A stretch of DNA of 40,000 nt from Microcystis panniformis FACHB-1757 (GCF_001264245.1 NZ_CP011339.1:4856415-4896414); one strand, 5' to 3'; positions 17,801-29,200 are shown, numbered from the stretch's first letter. Made by a program: numbers and translations. The notes: generated by a model not told the origin, from the letters alone.

Positions 17801-20800
17801 CTACCATCTTTAAATCAGTCCTTTCCCACCAGTGAAGCTCAACGTCAACTTTGGTTATTAGCTGAATTAGACCGTAATGCTTCAGCATCCTATAACGTCA
17901 CAACATCTCTAGAATTACTAGGTTCTTTAGATGTTTACATTTTAGAAAAAACGATTAATCAAGTTATTAATCGCCATGAAGCTTTGCGAACCAAAATTAT
18001 AGAACAAGGAGAATTACAGGAAGTTGTCAATGAAGTTAAAATTAAATTAAACCTCATTGATTTGAAGGATGAAGATAATCCCGAAGCGACGGCCTTAGCG
18101 TTACGATCTCAGTTTTCCCAAAAACCCTTTGACCTGTCGATTGCTCCTTTATTTGCTGTGATTTTAATGCGCTTAAAATCTGACCATTATCTGCTCTCTT
18201 TAAAAACTCATCATATTGTGGCAGATGGTTGGTCACTAGGATTAATTTTGCAGGAAATTGGTCAACTTTATTCATCCCCAAATAACACAACTAAAGAGGT
18301 TCTCACACCACCGATGCAGTTTCGGCAATATTTAACCTTGCGAGCGCAAGAGACGCAAAGTCCGCAAATGTTAGAGCATCGGGATTTTTGGTTGAAAACC
18401 TATCAGGAAGAGCTGCCAACCTTTGAGCTTCCCACCGACTTTCCCCGTCCCGCCGTTAAAACCTACACTGGCGGCCAAGAAAGTCAAGTCATTCCCTCGG
18501 AAGTTGGGCAAAATTTGCAGAAAGTAGGACGCAAAAATAAAGCTACATTATTTATGACGATGTTCGCCGCTTATACTGCTTTTTTGCGTCGAATTTCTGG
18601 CCATAAGGATTTAGTCATTGGTATTCCTATTTCTGGGCGACAAATAGAAGGTAGTGACAACTTAGTAGGCTTTTGTTCTCAATTTTTACCCCTGCGGATA
18701 CAAGTCGATGCTACCACCTCTTTTATTGAACATTTACAACACACTAAACAAACCCTGATCGACGCTTTTCGCCATCAGAGTTATACTTTAGAGGATTTAT
18801 TAGCAGCTTTACAATTACCTAGAGATTTTTCTCGTTCTCCTCTCATTTCGGTATCTTTTAACATGGATCCTAGTTTAACTCTGCCTGAGTTTAAAGACTT
18901 AAAAGTATCCTTGCCACCGTCACCGATTGCTTACACCCCTTTTGATCTAGGATTTAACTTAATTGAACTTAATGATAACCTCATTATTTACTGCAATTAC
19001 AATACAGAACTCTTTAAAAAAGAGACAATTAAACAATTTATTGAAAGCTTTGAAATTTTGCTGAGGGGAATCATTGAGGATGCTAATCATCTTCTTTATC
19101 AGTTACCTTTATTAACCCCAGTCCAACAAGAGAAGTTACTCAGACAATTAACCGGAAAAACTCGCAAACTCCCTGAGAAAGCCACCATCATTGATGACTT
19201 TGTAGCTCAAGTTAAATTAACCCCTAATGCTCCCGCCCTAATTGCGGGAAAAATTAGCCTTAGCTATCAAGAATTAAATGAAAAAGTCAATCGTCTTACC
19301 CATTATTTACAGCAGGAATATCAGCTAGGTGTAGGAAAAGTGATTGGGGTCATGCTCCAGCGTAATCACAACTTAATCATCGGGATTCTGGCTACCTTTA
19401 AAACTGGAGCGACTTACGTTCCTATAGACTCTCAATATCCTCACAGTCGCATTGAGTTTATTTTAAAAGATAGTGGCTGTCATGTTTGCCTAACGGAGAG
19501 TAATTTTATCTCTAAGTTACCTGAAAAAATGGAAAAAATTTGCTTAGATAAAATTGATCCTATTGTTGAAAAATATGACAAAGATGAGCCTAAAATATTT
19601 CGCAATTCTAGCCAAACTGCTTATATTTTTTACACTTCAGGATCAACTGGTAATCCTAAAGGAGTCATGGGCCGTCACATCTCAATTTTGAATGTTATTC
19701 AAAGCTTACGACTTACCTTTGATTTAGATAAACATCCTGAATGGCGCTATATTTTCACAGCTGCTGTTACTCATGATCCATCTATTCGTAATATTTTTCT
19801 CCCCTTAACCATAGGTGCATCCCTATATATGTACGAAATAAAATATATAGGACATTTGGTTTCTTTCCTACAGGAAAATCAAATTAATGCCCTACACACC
19901 ACCCCATCTATCTATCGAGAAATCTTGGGGCTACTTGAACCAGGAGAAACCATTTCCAGCTTAAAATATATCTCGGTAGGAGGGGAAAAATTAGATCGGG
20001 AAACTGCCTTAGCTTTGCGGAAACGTTTTCCAGCAGAAATTATTAGCAATGTCTACGGATCTACAGAAACTTGTGTGGGAGTATCCCAGTATGAAATCAA
20101 GGAAAACTTAGACAGCGAAATCCCCCTCGGTCAAGTTTTCCATAACAATCGCTTAGGGGTTCTTGATGAATTTAATAATCCCGTTCCCCTCCATGTAATC
20201 GGCGAAATTTGTGTAGAAGGTGCCGCCCTAGCATCGGGTTATCATAACCAACCCGAAATGACTCAAGAAAAATTTAAACCTAGCTTTCTTGATGAGACAC
20301 AAACTCTCTTTAGAACCGGCGATTTAGGCAAGCAAACTGCTCCGGGTATCATTGAGTTTATGGGACGAAAAGATAATCAAGTTAAGGTCAATGGTTATCG
20401 AATTGACCCCGGAGAAATTGAATATCAATTGACTCGTTATGCTCCCATTGAAAGAGCGATTGTTTTACCCGTTCAAGTTAATAATCAAACTCAATTATCT
20501 GCTTACTGTCAAACAGACAAAACTCTAGAAATTGCTGAGATTCGAGAATTACTTGCCAAATTTTTACCAGTTTATATGATTCCGAGTTACTTTATTTTTT
20601 TAAAGCAATTCCCCTTAACTCGACATGGGAAACTTGACCTGCACTCCCTGAGAGAACTCAGAGAAACTGGTAAATCTCTGGTGAATTCTAATTATGTTGC
20701 ACCCCGGAATTATTTAGAATCCAATCTCGTTAGTATCTGGGAAAAAATTCTCTCTAAACATCCTATCGGTATTTTTGATAACTTCTTTGAAATTGGCGGT

Positions 20801-22336
20801 CATTCTCTACTCTTATCAAGGGTTGTAACCCGGGTTCATAAAGAACTAAATGTATCCGTAAAATTGGCTGACTTCTTTAAAGTTCCAACCATTGCTGGAT
20901 TGGCGACTTTAATCTCCCAGACTCAATACAATTATCAAGAACCCATTTCGGCAATTCCCCCCCAAAAATCCTATCCGATGTCTCATGGTCAGCGTCGTCT
21001 TTGGGCTTTAGAATTTCTAGCTCAAAATCATAATGCTTACGGAATGCCCAGTGCTTATCAATTCAAGGGCAATCTCAATATTGATGCTTTTGAAAATGCC
21101 TTTCAACAGTTAATTCAACGCCATGAAATTTTGCGAACCACCTTTACTTTAATCAATAATCAACCCCGTCAAGTTGTCCATAATCAAATGAACTTTGTCA
21201 TTAAACAAATAGACCTGACAGCTTATGTTAGCACAGAACAAGAAAACTTGATCGAAGAAGCGATCAGCCATAATGCCAAAACGACTTTTGATTTAGAAGT
21301 CGGACCGTTACTTAAAGTTAACTTACTCAAACTAAGCCAAGAGAATTACATCGTCTTGTTTAATATGCACCATATCATTTCTGATGGTTGGTCAGCAGGG
21401 GTTTTAATTAAAGATTTCCTCAGCCATTATCACGCCTATGGACAAGAAAATTCCCAATTAATGCCCCCTCTCAGAATTCATTATAAAGACTATACTTCTT
21501 GGCAAGAAAGTCAATTAGAAACCTCGAAACTTCAAGATCAACGGGATTACTGGTTAGCTAAATTAACTCCTGTCCCTGTGCGTCTTAACTTACCTGTTGA
21601 TTATCCGCGCCCACCTGTTAAAAGTTTTCAAGGAAATACAATTACATGGCAACCTGAACCCGAATTGATCGATACTTTTGAGAAGTTAATTAAAGCACAA
21701 GAAGCCAGTTTATTTATGGGTTTAGTTAGTTTGGTTAAGAGTTTTCTATTCCGTTATACTGAGCAAAATGAAATTACAATCGGCTCTGCTATCGCCGGCA
21801 GAAATCATCCTGATTTAGAAGATCAAATCGGATTTTATGTTAACACTCTCGTCCTGCGGGATCAGATAGCAGATCACGACAGTTTTACGGATGTCCTTAG
21901 CAAAGTAAAAACCACCACTTTAGAGGCTTATGATAATCAAGACTATCCCTTTGATCAGATAGTATCTGATTTGAATTTACAACGAGATCCTAGCCGGAAT
22001 GCTCTCTTTGATGTGGCAATTGTCCTGCAAAATAATCAAAATATAGATCTGGCATTGAACGGAATTACAGTTAACTCCATTGACCCAAAAATGATTACCG
22101 CTAAATTTGATTTAGAATTTATCTTTGTTGAGGAAGAAGAACTTTATCTCAAGCTAATCTACAACACAGATATATTTATCCATGAGCGAATTTTATTGAT
22201 CATAGATTTGTTCAAAAACTGGCTGGAGCAAGTTTTAAAATTTGCCCATGAACCTTTGATAAACTTATCCTTAGCTTCCTCAGAAAATCTTATTCAAGAG
22301 GGGCAGGAACTGTTCACAGAAGACTTTAATTTTTAG
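11873..22336 (+). CDS. mcyE: Microcystin synthetase McyE, hybrid PKS/NRPS: KS-AT-ACP-CM-aminotransferase-C-A-PCP-C
   Basis: 3487-aa ORF, the same length I recall for PCC 7806 McyE. PKS part: KS IDAACASS Cys206 at nt 12488-12490; AT GHSVG Ser650 at nt 13820-13822; ACP LGADSI Ser972 at nt 14786-14788; CM LEIGGGTG at nt 15497-15520. Class-III (GSA-type) aminotransferase: GSYHGTFDG, DEIITGFR and YGKAIGGG, with putative PLP Lys1779 at nt 17207-17209. NRPS part: C1 HHIVADG at nt 18209-18229; A domain YTSGSTGNPK at nt 19631-19660; PCP GGHS Ser2978 at nt 20804-20806; terminal C HHIISDG at nt 21368-21388. Sites matching the general mcyE-F2 primer (nt 20204-20223) and the Microcystis-specific mcyE-R8 primer (nt 20433-20450), as I recall those sequences, are present without mismatch. 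Confidence 0.96.
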   Translation: MVESIDYKKLMATTLSKMEVMQARINELETRQSEAIAVVGMACRFPGGINSPEKYWSFCQAGLDAIVEVPKSRWDISELYSQEPTLGKMNTAYGGFLQENITEFDARFFSISAREAASMDPQQRLLLEVAWEALENANLPLKNLADNKVGVFVGITSIDHALKVYGTNYDQIDSFFGTGNALSAAAGRLSYFLNLHGPCLSIDAACASSLVAVHQGIRSLRNRECELALVGGVNLILEPAITISLSQSGMMSPDGRCKTFDASANGYVRGEGCGVLILKTLSEAQKNGDHILALLRGSAVNHNGAAAGLTVPSGPAQQELLRQALADARIVPEDVSYIEAHGTGTSLGDPIELNAIASVYGKRSDPLYVASVKTNIGHLEAAAGMAGIIKTILILQQGEIPSHLHFQSPNPLINWEDHPIKIPTQNIPWPNNNKVPIAGVSSFGFSGTNAHVIVQQAPVSKISEIQQQIPSHLLTLSAHNKTALKELATRFHTLLESHPEIGDICYSAAVGRIDLPERLAIVGDTCPELQQRLTAFAEEKPLDDLTFYQRFTSEKSPKIVFLFTGQGACYPGMGHQLYQTQPTFRQYIDQCAEILAKYLDHPLTEILFGEQTDLLNQTAYAQPAIFALEYSLTMLWKSWGITPSLLIGHSVGEYVAACIAGVFSLEAGLALVVKRGQLMQTTTSGKMASIFADEETVISLIKNYTQTVSIAAINHPQQIVIAGESASIEEVISTCKKQKIPAQYLPVTQAFHSPLMEPILKEFEKEARQISYQRPQILLLSGLDGEVLENAPDATYWSKQCREPVRFLSSLITAFNKGYNLFLEVGPRPILAEQGRRYKDEFIWLSSLNRGLDNWQTILSALGQLYLNGAPFNPEQFNRNYGYKKVRLPNYPFQRKPFQFQPNPRTENQSIDKIFLDAQTSNLTDTETTVFNMQKHQQEIRNQLKSILALLLKEDENELPEDETLLNLGADSIILTDFSRKIEEKFQVKVKIDQLFTDLQTLVDIAEYLCQFVKEKPLENASEITAKVIDDETELSNYLQVIDQLQPIATAYIIKALESLGKKLNQGEQWTIETLRQTLPVAPKYHILLNRYLQDLEQANILHNQGNIWTVKNLPESFSLPQALQKLEKTCPSAKPELEMLQRCGENLAEVLKGNMDPLTLIFPEGSVAHAESIYGNSPVSRLMNQRVAQAINQILTNFSNSDRPYQILEIGGGTGATSEAILHHLNLDHVTYSFSEVSPFLLHQARQKFQKKYNLNFHQLDIEKSPISQGIPAHNYHIVVAANVLHATRNITETLTHIRELLRPGGYLVLLETVENNSWLNLTFGLTPGWWRFQDQELRSDTPLLRGENWCSVLKSCGFATANSFSKQNNIPINNGQELILACVPDEPLSIPARTKLTVSGESSGKEALMMAQLQSLKDLKDLHEKTIIKQLEVLQTATVSPSIAPEILTNQTQIIPAQSSKIETYPPVSQEKPKSPEKPSSPNLNPLALKLTENKSLTEQQQAFIQNLQSIYNQKTAKSKAYSQNSRKTMVDVKPTIDFRMALKEFQYPIVSESAQGAYFKDIDGNNYIDLAMGFGVNFFGHSPDFVIEAVQEQMNRGIGLGMQSNLAAETAALISEMGRVERVAFSNTGTEAIMAAVRIARSRTKRQKIVMFAGSYHGTFDGILARVGEDKTTTQPLSLGTPLGMVEDIIVLSYGVEESLDIIATHADDLAAVLVEPVQSRKPDLQPQEFLQKLRQITHKKGITLIFDEIITGFRIAPGGAQEWFNVEADIVIYGKAIGGGLPISMICGKADFLDTVDGGFWQYGDDSHPQTELTAFGGTFCRHPLALAACRAVLLHLQENSPTIQEKVNQLTHRLATEVNQFFQEIGIPIRVVNFGSLFRFEPFGAYSIFLQPIELPLFYYLLNLQGIYTWEKRVCFLSTCHTNEDIDKVIVAVKEAITELQQAGFFANAKRPQVKKEEKKPLSEDEDGRGHLPSLNQSFPTSEAQRQLWLLAELDRNASASYNVTTSLELLGSLDVYILEKTINQVINRHEALRTKIIEQGELQEVVNEVKIKLNLIDLKDEDNPEATALALRSQFSQKPFDLSIAPLFAVILMRLKSDHYLLSLKTHHIVADGWSLGLILQEIGQLYSSPNNTTKEVLTPPMQFRQYLTLRAQETQSPQMLEHRDFWLKTYQEELPTFELPTDFPRPAVKTYTGGQESQVIPSEVGQNLQKVGRKNKATLFMTMFAAYTAFLRRISGHKDLVIGIPISGRQIEGSDNLVGFCSQFLPLRIQVDATTSFIEHLQHTKQTLIDAFRHQSYTLEDLLAALQLPRDFSRSPLISVSFNMDPSLTLPEFKDLKVSLPPSPIAYTPFDLGFNLIELNDNLIIYCNYNTELFKKETIKQFIESFEILLRGIIEDANHLLYQLPLLTPVQQEKLLRQLTGKTRKLPEKATIIDDFVAQVKLTPNAPALIAGKISLSYQELNEKVNRLTHYLQQEYQLGVGKVIGVMLQRNHNLIIGILATFKTGATYVPIDSQYPHSRIEFILKDSGCHVCLTESNFISKLPEKMEKICLDKIDPIVEKYDKDEPKIFRNSSQTAYIFYTSGSTGNPKGVMGRHISILNVIQSLRLTFDLDKHPEWRYIFTAAVTHDPSIRNIFLPLTIGASLYMYEIKYIGHLVSFLQENQINALHTTPSIYREILGLLEPGETISSLKYISVGGEKLDRETALALRKRFPAEIISNVYGSTETCVGVSQYEIKENLDSEIPLGQVFHNNRLGVLDEFNNPVPLHVIGEICVEGAALASGYHNQPEMTQEKFKPSFLDETQTLFRTGDLGKQTAPGIIEFMGRKDNQVKVNGYRIDPGEIEYQLTRYAPIERAIVLPVQVNNQTQLSAYCQTDKTLEIAEIRELLAKFLPVYMIPSYFIFLKQFPLTRHGKLDLHSLRELRETGKSLVNSNYVAPRNYLESNLVSIWEKILSKHPIGIFDNFFEIGGHSLLLSRVVTRVHKELNVSVKLADFFKVPTIAGLATLISQTQYNYQEPISAIPPQKSYPMSHGQRRLWALEFLAQNHNAYGMPSAYQFKGNLNIDAFENAFQQLIQRHEILRTTFTLINNQPRQVVHNQMNFVIKQIDLTAYVSTEQENLIEEAISHNAKTTFDLEVGPLLKVNLLKLSQENYIVLFNMHHIISDGWSAGVLIKDFLSHYHAYGQENSQLMPPLRIHYKDYTSWQESQLETSKLQDQRDYWLAKLTPVPVRLNLPVDYPRPPVKSFQGNTITWQPEPELIDTFEKLIKAQEASLFMGLVSLVKSFLFRYTEQNEITIGSAIAGRNHPDLEDQIGFYVNTLVLRDQIADHDSFTDVLSKVKTTTLEAYDNQDYPFDQIVSDLNLQRDPSRNALFDVAIVLQNNQNIDLALNGITVNSIDPKMITAKFDLEFIFVEEEELYLKLIYNTDIFIHERILLIIDLFKNWLEQVLKFAHEPLINLSLASSENLIQEGQELFTEDFNF

Positions 22337-22367
22337 TCAACAGCGATTACACTAGCAGGATATTTTA

Positions 22368-23123
22368 ATGAAGACAAAACTACCGATTCTTGGCGTTTTA
22401 GGTGGTATGGGACCAGTGGTTACTGCCGAATTTCTGAAGTCGATTTATGAATATAATCCTTTTATTGATAAGGAACAAGAAGCCCCTAATGTTATCGTTT
22501 TTTCCCTTCCCTCTGCACCTGATCGCACAGGTTCTATTGATAGTGGAAAAGAAAGAGAATTTATTGATTTTATTCAAGTCAATCTGGAACATCTCAATAA
22601 ACTGGCTGATTGCATAGTCATTGGCTGTTGTACGGCTCATTATGCTCTACCTCAGATTCCCGAAAATCTGAAGGATAAACTTATTTCCTTAATTAAAATA
22701 GCGGACCAAGAACTCCAAGAATATAATAAACCTACCCTTTTACTTGCTAGTACAGGGACTTACCAGAAAAAATTATTTCATGAAGGCTGCACCACCGCAG
22801 ATCTGATTATTTCTCTCTCAGAAATTGATCAAAAGTTGATTCATGAAATGATCTATAAAGTGCTAAAAAGAGGACAGGATCCGTTAAGTATTCTTAGGGA
22901 TATAGAAGCATTATTAGAGAAATATAACACTCGCTCCTATATTTCTGGGTGTACCGAATTTCATCTCTTAACAAAATCTCTCAAACTCAAAGGAATTGAC
23001 TCCATTAAAGCGATCGATCCTTTAAGTACCATCGCTCAAAACTTTTCTCAGTTAATCATCAAACAAGCTCAGGTAGATCTAGTGACCGACTGCCATCAGC
23101 CTTCAAACCCAAAAAGCCCTTGA
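22368..23123 (+). CDS. mcyF: Asp/Glu-type amino-acid racemase McyF
   Basis: 251-aa ORF starting 31 nt after the mcyE stop. It has the N-terminal GVLGGMGP motif and the two catalytic-cysteine motifs of PLP-independent aspartate/glutamate racemases (VIGCCTAH and ISGCTEFH). Size and position between mcyE and mcyG match McyF. Confidence 0.93.
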   Translation: MKTKLPILGVLGGMGPVVTAEFLKSIYEYNPFIDKEQEAPNVIVFSLPSAPDRTGSIDSGKEREFIDFIQVNLEHLNKLADCIVIGCCTAHYALPQIPENLKDKLISLIKIADQELQEYNKPTLLLASTGTYQKKLFHEGCTTADLIISLSEIDQKLIHEMIYKVLKRGQDPLSILRDIEALLEKYNTRSYISGCTEFHLLTKSLKLKGIDSIKAIDPLSTIAQNFSQLIIKQAQVDLVTDCHQPSNPKSP

Positions 23124-23169
23124 CCATCGCACCTCTATCAGGTACAATTCAAACTTGAGTTGATCACTT

Positions 23170-23200
23170 CTGACTTTTAACTTGTGCGTAGCGATATACT
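23170..23200 (+). promoter_or_regulatory. Candidate sigma70-type promoter in the mcyF-mcyG spacer
   Basis: CTGACT (23170-23175), a 19-nt spacer, then TATACT (23195-23200), located 56 nt upstream of the mcyG ATG. The -35 match is weak and the spacer long. Intercistronic start sites have been reported for the mcyD-J operon, but I cannot place them from memory. Confidence 0.2.
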
Positions 23201-23255
23201 GGCTCATCAGGTTTTCAAGATTATTCCTATTTTTGATCAAGAGGTGTAAAAAAAA

Positions 23256-26200
23256 ATGTCTAAGCATTCAATCAGTTTTGGAGGACAATTGGAAGATAAT
23301 TGGCGGACTCTGTCAGAAGTCTTAGAAACTGCCACTAAACATAATAATCATGGAATTACTTATATTAAAAATGACGCAACTGAATATTTTCAGAGTTATC
23401 AAGACTTATATCAAGATGCTCTCGTTATTTTAAATGGACTGGAACAAAAAGGGATAAAATTAGGGCATAAAGTCATTCTACAAATTGCCAAAAATCAAGA
23501 CTTTATTCCCGCACTATGGGCTTGTTTTTTAGGGGGAATTATTCCAGTTCCTTTGACCGTTGCTCCTAGCTATGATCTGGAAAATTCTGCCGTCAAAAAA
23601 CTAGAGAATGTTTGGAAAATTTTAGACAATCCTTTGATATTATCCGACAGTGAGCTAATTACTGAAATTGAAAAATTAGGAACTTCCTCTCATCTAGAAG
23701 GGTGGCAAGTTATCTCAGTTAATGAACTCAGAAAAGCCCCCTCTAAAGTCCATCAATTGCCGATTCTTGATCCACAAGCTCCAGCCTTATTACTCTTTAC
23801 TTCGGGTAGTACCGGTATGCCCAAGGGAGTAATATTAACTCATCATAATATTCTGTCCATGACTGCTGGTACAGTGGCGATGAACCACTTTACCCAACAA
23901 GAAGTTACCCTTAATTGGATGCCTTTGGATCATGTAGGAGCTATCGTATTTTTAGGAATTATGGCGGTAGATTTGGCTTGTGATCAAATTCATGTTCCCA
24001 TGGAATTAGTCCTACGCCAACCCCTGCAATGGTTAGAACTCATTCAAAAGCATCAAGTAAGCATTTCTTGGTCTCCTAACTTTGCATTTTCCTTAATTAA
24101 TCAACAGGCCGAAGAACTTAAGCACGTCTCTTATAACCTCTCCTCAATGAAATTTTTAGTGAATGCTGGCGAGCAAGTTTCAGTAAAAACTATTCGCCTA
24201 TTCTTAGAAATTCTCGAAAAACATCAACTACGGGAGAGAGCGATTAAACCAGCTTTTGGCATGACTGAATCCTGTTCTGGGATTACTTGGTCAGCCGGTT
24301 TAAGTAAAAATGAACTCACCGAAGAAAATAGTTTTGTCTCTCTAGGAAAGCCGATTCCTGGAGCAACTATCCGGATAGTCGATCAGGAAAATAATCCTTT
24401 ACCTGAAAGAGAAATTGGAAAGCTTCAAATTCAAGGTAATTCTGTTACTAAAGGATATTACAATAATACTGAACTCAACCAGGAAGTTTTTCAAGAAGGG
24501 TGGTTTACTACGGGAGATTTGGGGTATTTATTTAAGGGCGAACTCTTTATTACTGGGCGAGAAAAACAAGAAATTATAATTAATGGTGTTAATTACTTTG
24601 CCCATGAACTTGAAACAACAATCGAAGAATTAGAAGGGGTTAAAGTATCTTATACAGCCGCCTTTGCCGTCTTTGATCAAAGTCGAGAAACTGACTTATT
24701 AATTATTACTTTTAGCCCAGAATCTGAGCAATTTGAACAGGGGATAAAAGTTGTTAGAAAAATTCGCAGTCATGTAACCCAAAAATTCGGGATTGCTCCA
24801 GCTTATGTCATTCCAATAGACAGAAATTTAGTTCCTAAAACCTCTATTGGCAAAGTTCAAAAATCTAAATTAAAAAAGGATTTTGAACAGGGATTATTTA
24901 GCAGCCGTATCCAAGAAATAGATCAATATTTAGCAAAAGAGCGTCAGAAAAATCAAACCTTACCTCAATCAGAAAATGAACGTCAAATAGCAGCAGTTTG
25001 GAGTGAAGTTTTACAGTTAACCTCAGTTGGTTTAGAGGATAACTTCTTTGAACTAGGGGGACATTCTATACACTTAATCCGAGTTCAAAATGAACTTGAA
25101 AAACTTTTTAACCGTCAGCTATCCCTTGCTGAAATGTTTAAAAATCCTACCGTTGCCACCCTAGCCCGTTTCTTAAGCGAAGAATCAAATACTAATCAAG
25201 TTATAGCACAAAAAAGCCGTCAACGTGCCGAAAATCGGAGCCGTCGCCATAATCAAACCCATGACATTGCAATTATTGGTATGGCGGGGCAATTCCCAGG
25301 GGCTAAAAATTTAACAACCTTTTGGGAAAATTTAAAAAATGGAATCGAAACTATCTCTTTCTTTTCTGAAGAAGAATTACAAGAATCGGGAGTGTCTCCA
25401 GAACTCTCGAATCAGCCTAATTATGTTAGAGCTAGACCAATTCTCGAGCAAGTTGAATACTTTGACAGCGAATTTTTTGGCTATACAGATAGAGAGGCAG
25501 AATTACTAGACCCTCAGCAACGTTTACTGCTTGAATGTAGTTGGGAATGTTTAGAAAACGCCGGTTATAATCCTAATACTTATCAAGGATCAATTGGTAT
25601 ATTTGCTGGCGCAAGTATGAACACCTATTTGATAAATAATTGTTATCCTAATCGGGGTAAATTAGATAGTAATGACGAGTTACAACCCTTCACACTAGAT
25701 TCAATGGGAGGGTTTCAAACAATGGTAGCTAATGACAAAGACTATTTAACAACGCGAATTTCTTATAAACTCAACTTACATGGTCCGAGCGTTAATGTTC
25801 AAACCGCTTGTTCTACTGGATTAGTTGTAGTTCATCTCGCTTGTCAGAGTCTCATCAGTGGAGAAAGTGATATGGCTTTAGCTGGAGCTGCTTCAATTAA
25901 TTCTCCTCAAAAAATTGGTTATTTATATCAAGAAGGACTGATTATGTCTCCTGATGGCCATTGTCGCGCCTTTGATGCTGAAGCAAAAGGGACTATTTTT
26001 GGCAGTGGAGTAGGAGTAATTATGCTCAAAAGATTGTCAGATGCTTTAGCCGATCATGACCATATTTATGCAGTTATTAAAGGCTCTGCTATTAATAATG
26101 ATGGTGGCCAAAAATTAGGATTTACTGCCCCCGGTGGAGAGGGTCAAATTGCTGCCGCTACGGAGGCCTTAGCCTTTGCTGGTGTTGATGCTAATACAAT

Positions 26201-29200
26201 TAGTTTTGTGGAAGCTCATGGCACAGGAACCCCCCTTGGAGATCCCATAGAAGTTGATGCTTTAGCTAAAGTTTATCAGGGGGCAAATGAGGGAGAATGT
26301 GTTTTAGGTTCAGTAAAAACCAATATCGGACATATGCAGATTGCTTCTGGTATTGCTGGTTTAATGAAAGCGACTTTGTCCCTCAAATATAAGATTATTC
26401 CACCTACATTACATTTCCAAAATCCTAACCCTCAAATTAATTTTTCTCAGACTCCTTTTTATATTAATAATGAAGCTATTTCTTGGACTACTAAGCAAGA
26501 CAAGGACGAAAAATTACCCCGACGGGCAGGGGTAAACTCTTTAGGTATTGGCGGGGTTAATGCTCATGTTATTCTAGAAGAAGCTCCTCCCATTATTCCT
26601 CAAGACAATCAGAGCAAACGTCCCTATCATTTGCTCACCCTTTCCGCTCGAACCGAACCAGCTTTAAAAGAGTTAGTAAGTCGCTACATAGACTTTTTAG
26701 AAAGTCAACCTGAAAAGGATATGTCTGATGTAGTATTTACGGCAAATACAGGCCGAGTTCATTTCTCAAATCGGTTAGCCTTAACTGGCTATAAAAACAG
26801 TGATTTTATTGAACAATTACGTCAGTTCAAGCAACTAGATTATCAGTCAACTATTCATGGTATAGTTGATGAAAAAAGACCGCCTAAAATTGCCTTTTTA
26901 TTTACAGGACAAGGTTCTCAATATGCAGGGATGGCTCATCAACTCTATCAGACTCAACCCACCTTTAGAAAAACTTTAGATGCAGGGGAAAAATACTATC
27001 AAAAACTAACGGGTAAATCCCTACTAAACGTCGTATTTGCCGATACAGATGACCCCTTAAACCAAACCGCTTATACCCAACCGGCACTATTTCTGATTGA
27101 AGTTGCTCTCGCTCAATTATGGCATTCTTGGGGAATTCAACCAGCCGCTATTTTAGGCCATAGTTTAGGAGAATATTCAGCTGCTTGTTTTGCTGGTGTT
27201 TTTGATCTTGAAAGTGGCTTAAAACTGGTCAGCCATCGAGGCAACTTGATGGGGCAATTACCCCAAAATCAAGGGGAAATGGCCGCTATTTTTCTCGATA
27301 AAAACTCAGTTATTGAGCATTGCCAAAGTCAGGGAATAAAAATCGCTATTGCTGCCATTAACGCAGAACAACATACCGTTATTTCTGGAGAAAAAAACGT
27401 AATTCAAAAACTCTGTAACCATTTTACTAATTCCGGGGTTAAAGTTCGTCAACTTAAAGTTTCTCATGCTTTTCACTCCCCTTTAGTAGAACCAATGGTT
27501 GCAGAATTTAAAACGATTCTTCAAGAGATTTCTTTCAGTCAACCTCAAATTTCTCTGGTCTCTAACCTAACAGGAGAAATTGCTGATGACAGCATTATGA
27601 CTCCTCAGTATTGGCTTCAACATTTACTAAATACGGTACAATTTCATCAAGGGGCTTTATTCCTACAATCTCTCGGATGTGATACCTTTATTGAAATTGG
27701 ACCTCAACCTATTCTCTCAGGAATTGTTCAATCATCCCTATCTTCATCTGAACCTCTAACTCTACCCAGTTTACGCTCAGGATTTTCTGATTGGCAAGTT
27801 TTATTAGAAAGTCTGGGCAAACTTTATGTTCGCGGTGCAAAGATAGACTGGTTTAGTTTTGATCAAGACTATCATCCTAGACGATGTGCTTTACCTACTT
27901 ATCCCTTTCAAAAACGTCAACACTGGATTCCTTTAAAAACCCCATCTGCAACTGTTCCACAGGAATCTAATCTAGTCAAAATGTTATCTGAAAAGGACAA
28001 AAATACTTTGCTGCAAACCCTCTTAGAAACAGGTCATTATTCTGAAGATGAAAAACCAACAATATCCGCCATTGTTCAACAGTTGATTAAACTGTATTAT
28101 CAAGAAAAAGAGGACTTTGATTTTGCCAAATTACTTTATCAAGTAGCTTGGCTTCCCTGGGATTTAGCTAACGGTAAGCTAGAAAATCTGACCAGCCTTA
28201 AAACGGATTTAGAGGTTTACTTAGAACCCCAATTACAATCCTCAGAATTGATGGGAGTTTCTCGCGCTTTTTCTGAAATGGAAAAACTGGCGGCTGACTT
28301 TGTTGTTAAAGCTCTGAAAGATTTAGAACTCTTTCAAATGAATACCTTTCTTGATCCCGATCAAAGTTTTATTCAAGCTGGACTCAAACAAGAATATAAA
28401 TCTTTCTGGAATTATGTTCTAGAAATATTAGCGAAAGTCGGCATTTTAGAAAAGCAAAATACCCGATGGAAAATTGTTAAAGAACCTGAACAATCTAATC
28501 CTGATTTAGCGGTAGAAGATTTAATCAATCATTATCCTAATGCTCAAATAGAACTCAATCTATTTCGACAAGTTGCCACAAATTTAGCGGCCATTATTAC
28601 GGGAAAAATATCTCCTTTATCTATCCTATTTTCTCAAGATGGACAAGGAGGAGCCAGCGAATTTTATAAAAATACATCTTCGGCAAAAATTCTCAATCTG
28701 GGTATCTCTAAAACCGTTGAACTTCTCCTCTCAAGTTATGCTCCCTCAGCCTCCCTCCGCATTCTCGAAATTGGTGCGGGAACTGGAGCTACAACCCAAC
28801 AGGTTCTTAAAGCTTGTAACTCTCGTCAAATTACCTACACATTCACTGATGTTTCCCCCTTCTTTCTAGAGAAAGCTAGAGATAATTTGGCTGAATTTTC
28901 TGGACTAGAATACAAAGTTCTCGATATTGAAAAAGATCCGAAATTACAAGGGTTTTGCTGTCATTCTTATGACTTGATTATCGCAGCTAATGTCTTACAC
29001 TCTACCGCCAATTTACAAGAGGAAACCTTGCCTCATATTCAAAGTTTACTACGTCCAGGCGGTCATTTATTACTGTTAGAATTAACTCAGCAATCTTCCT
29101 GGATTGATTTAATCTTTGGTGTGACTCAAGGTTGGTGGCGTTTTAGCGATTATCATTTGCGCCCAAATCATCCTATAATTACAGCATCGACTTGGGAATC

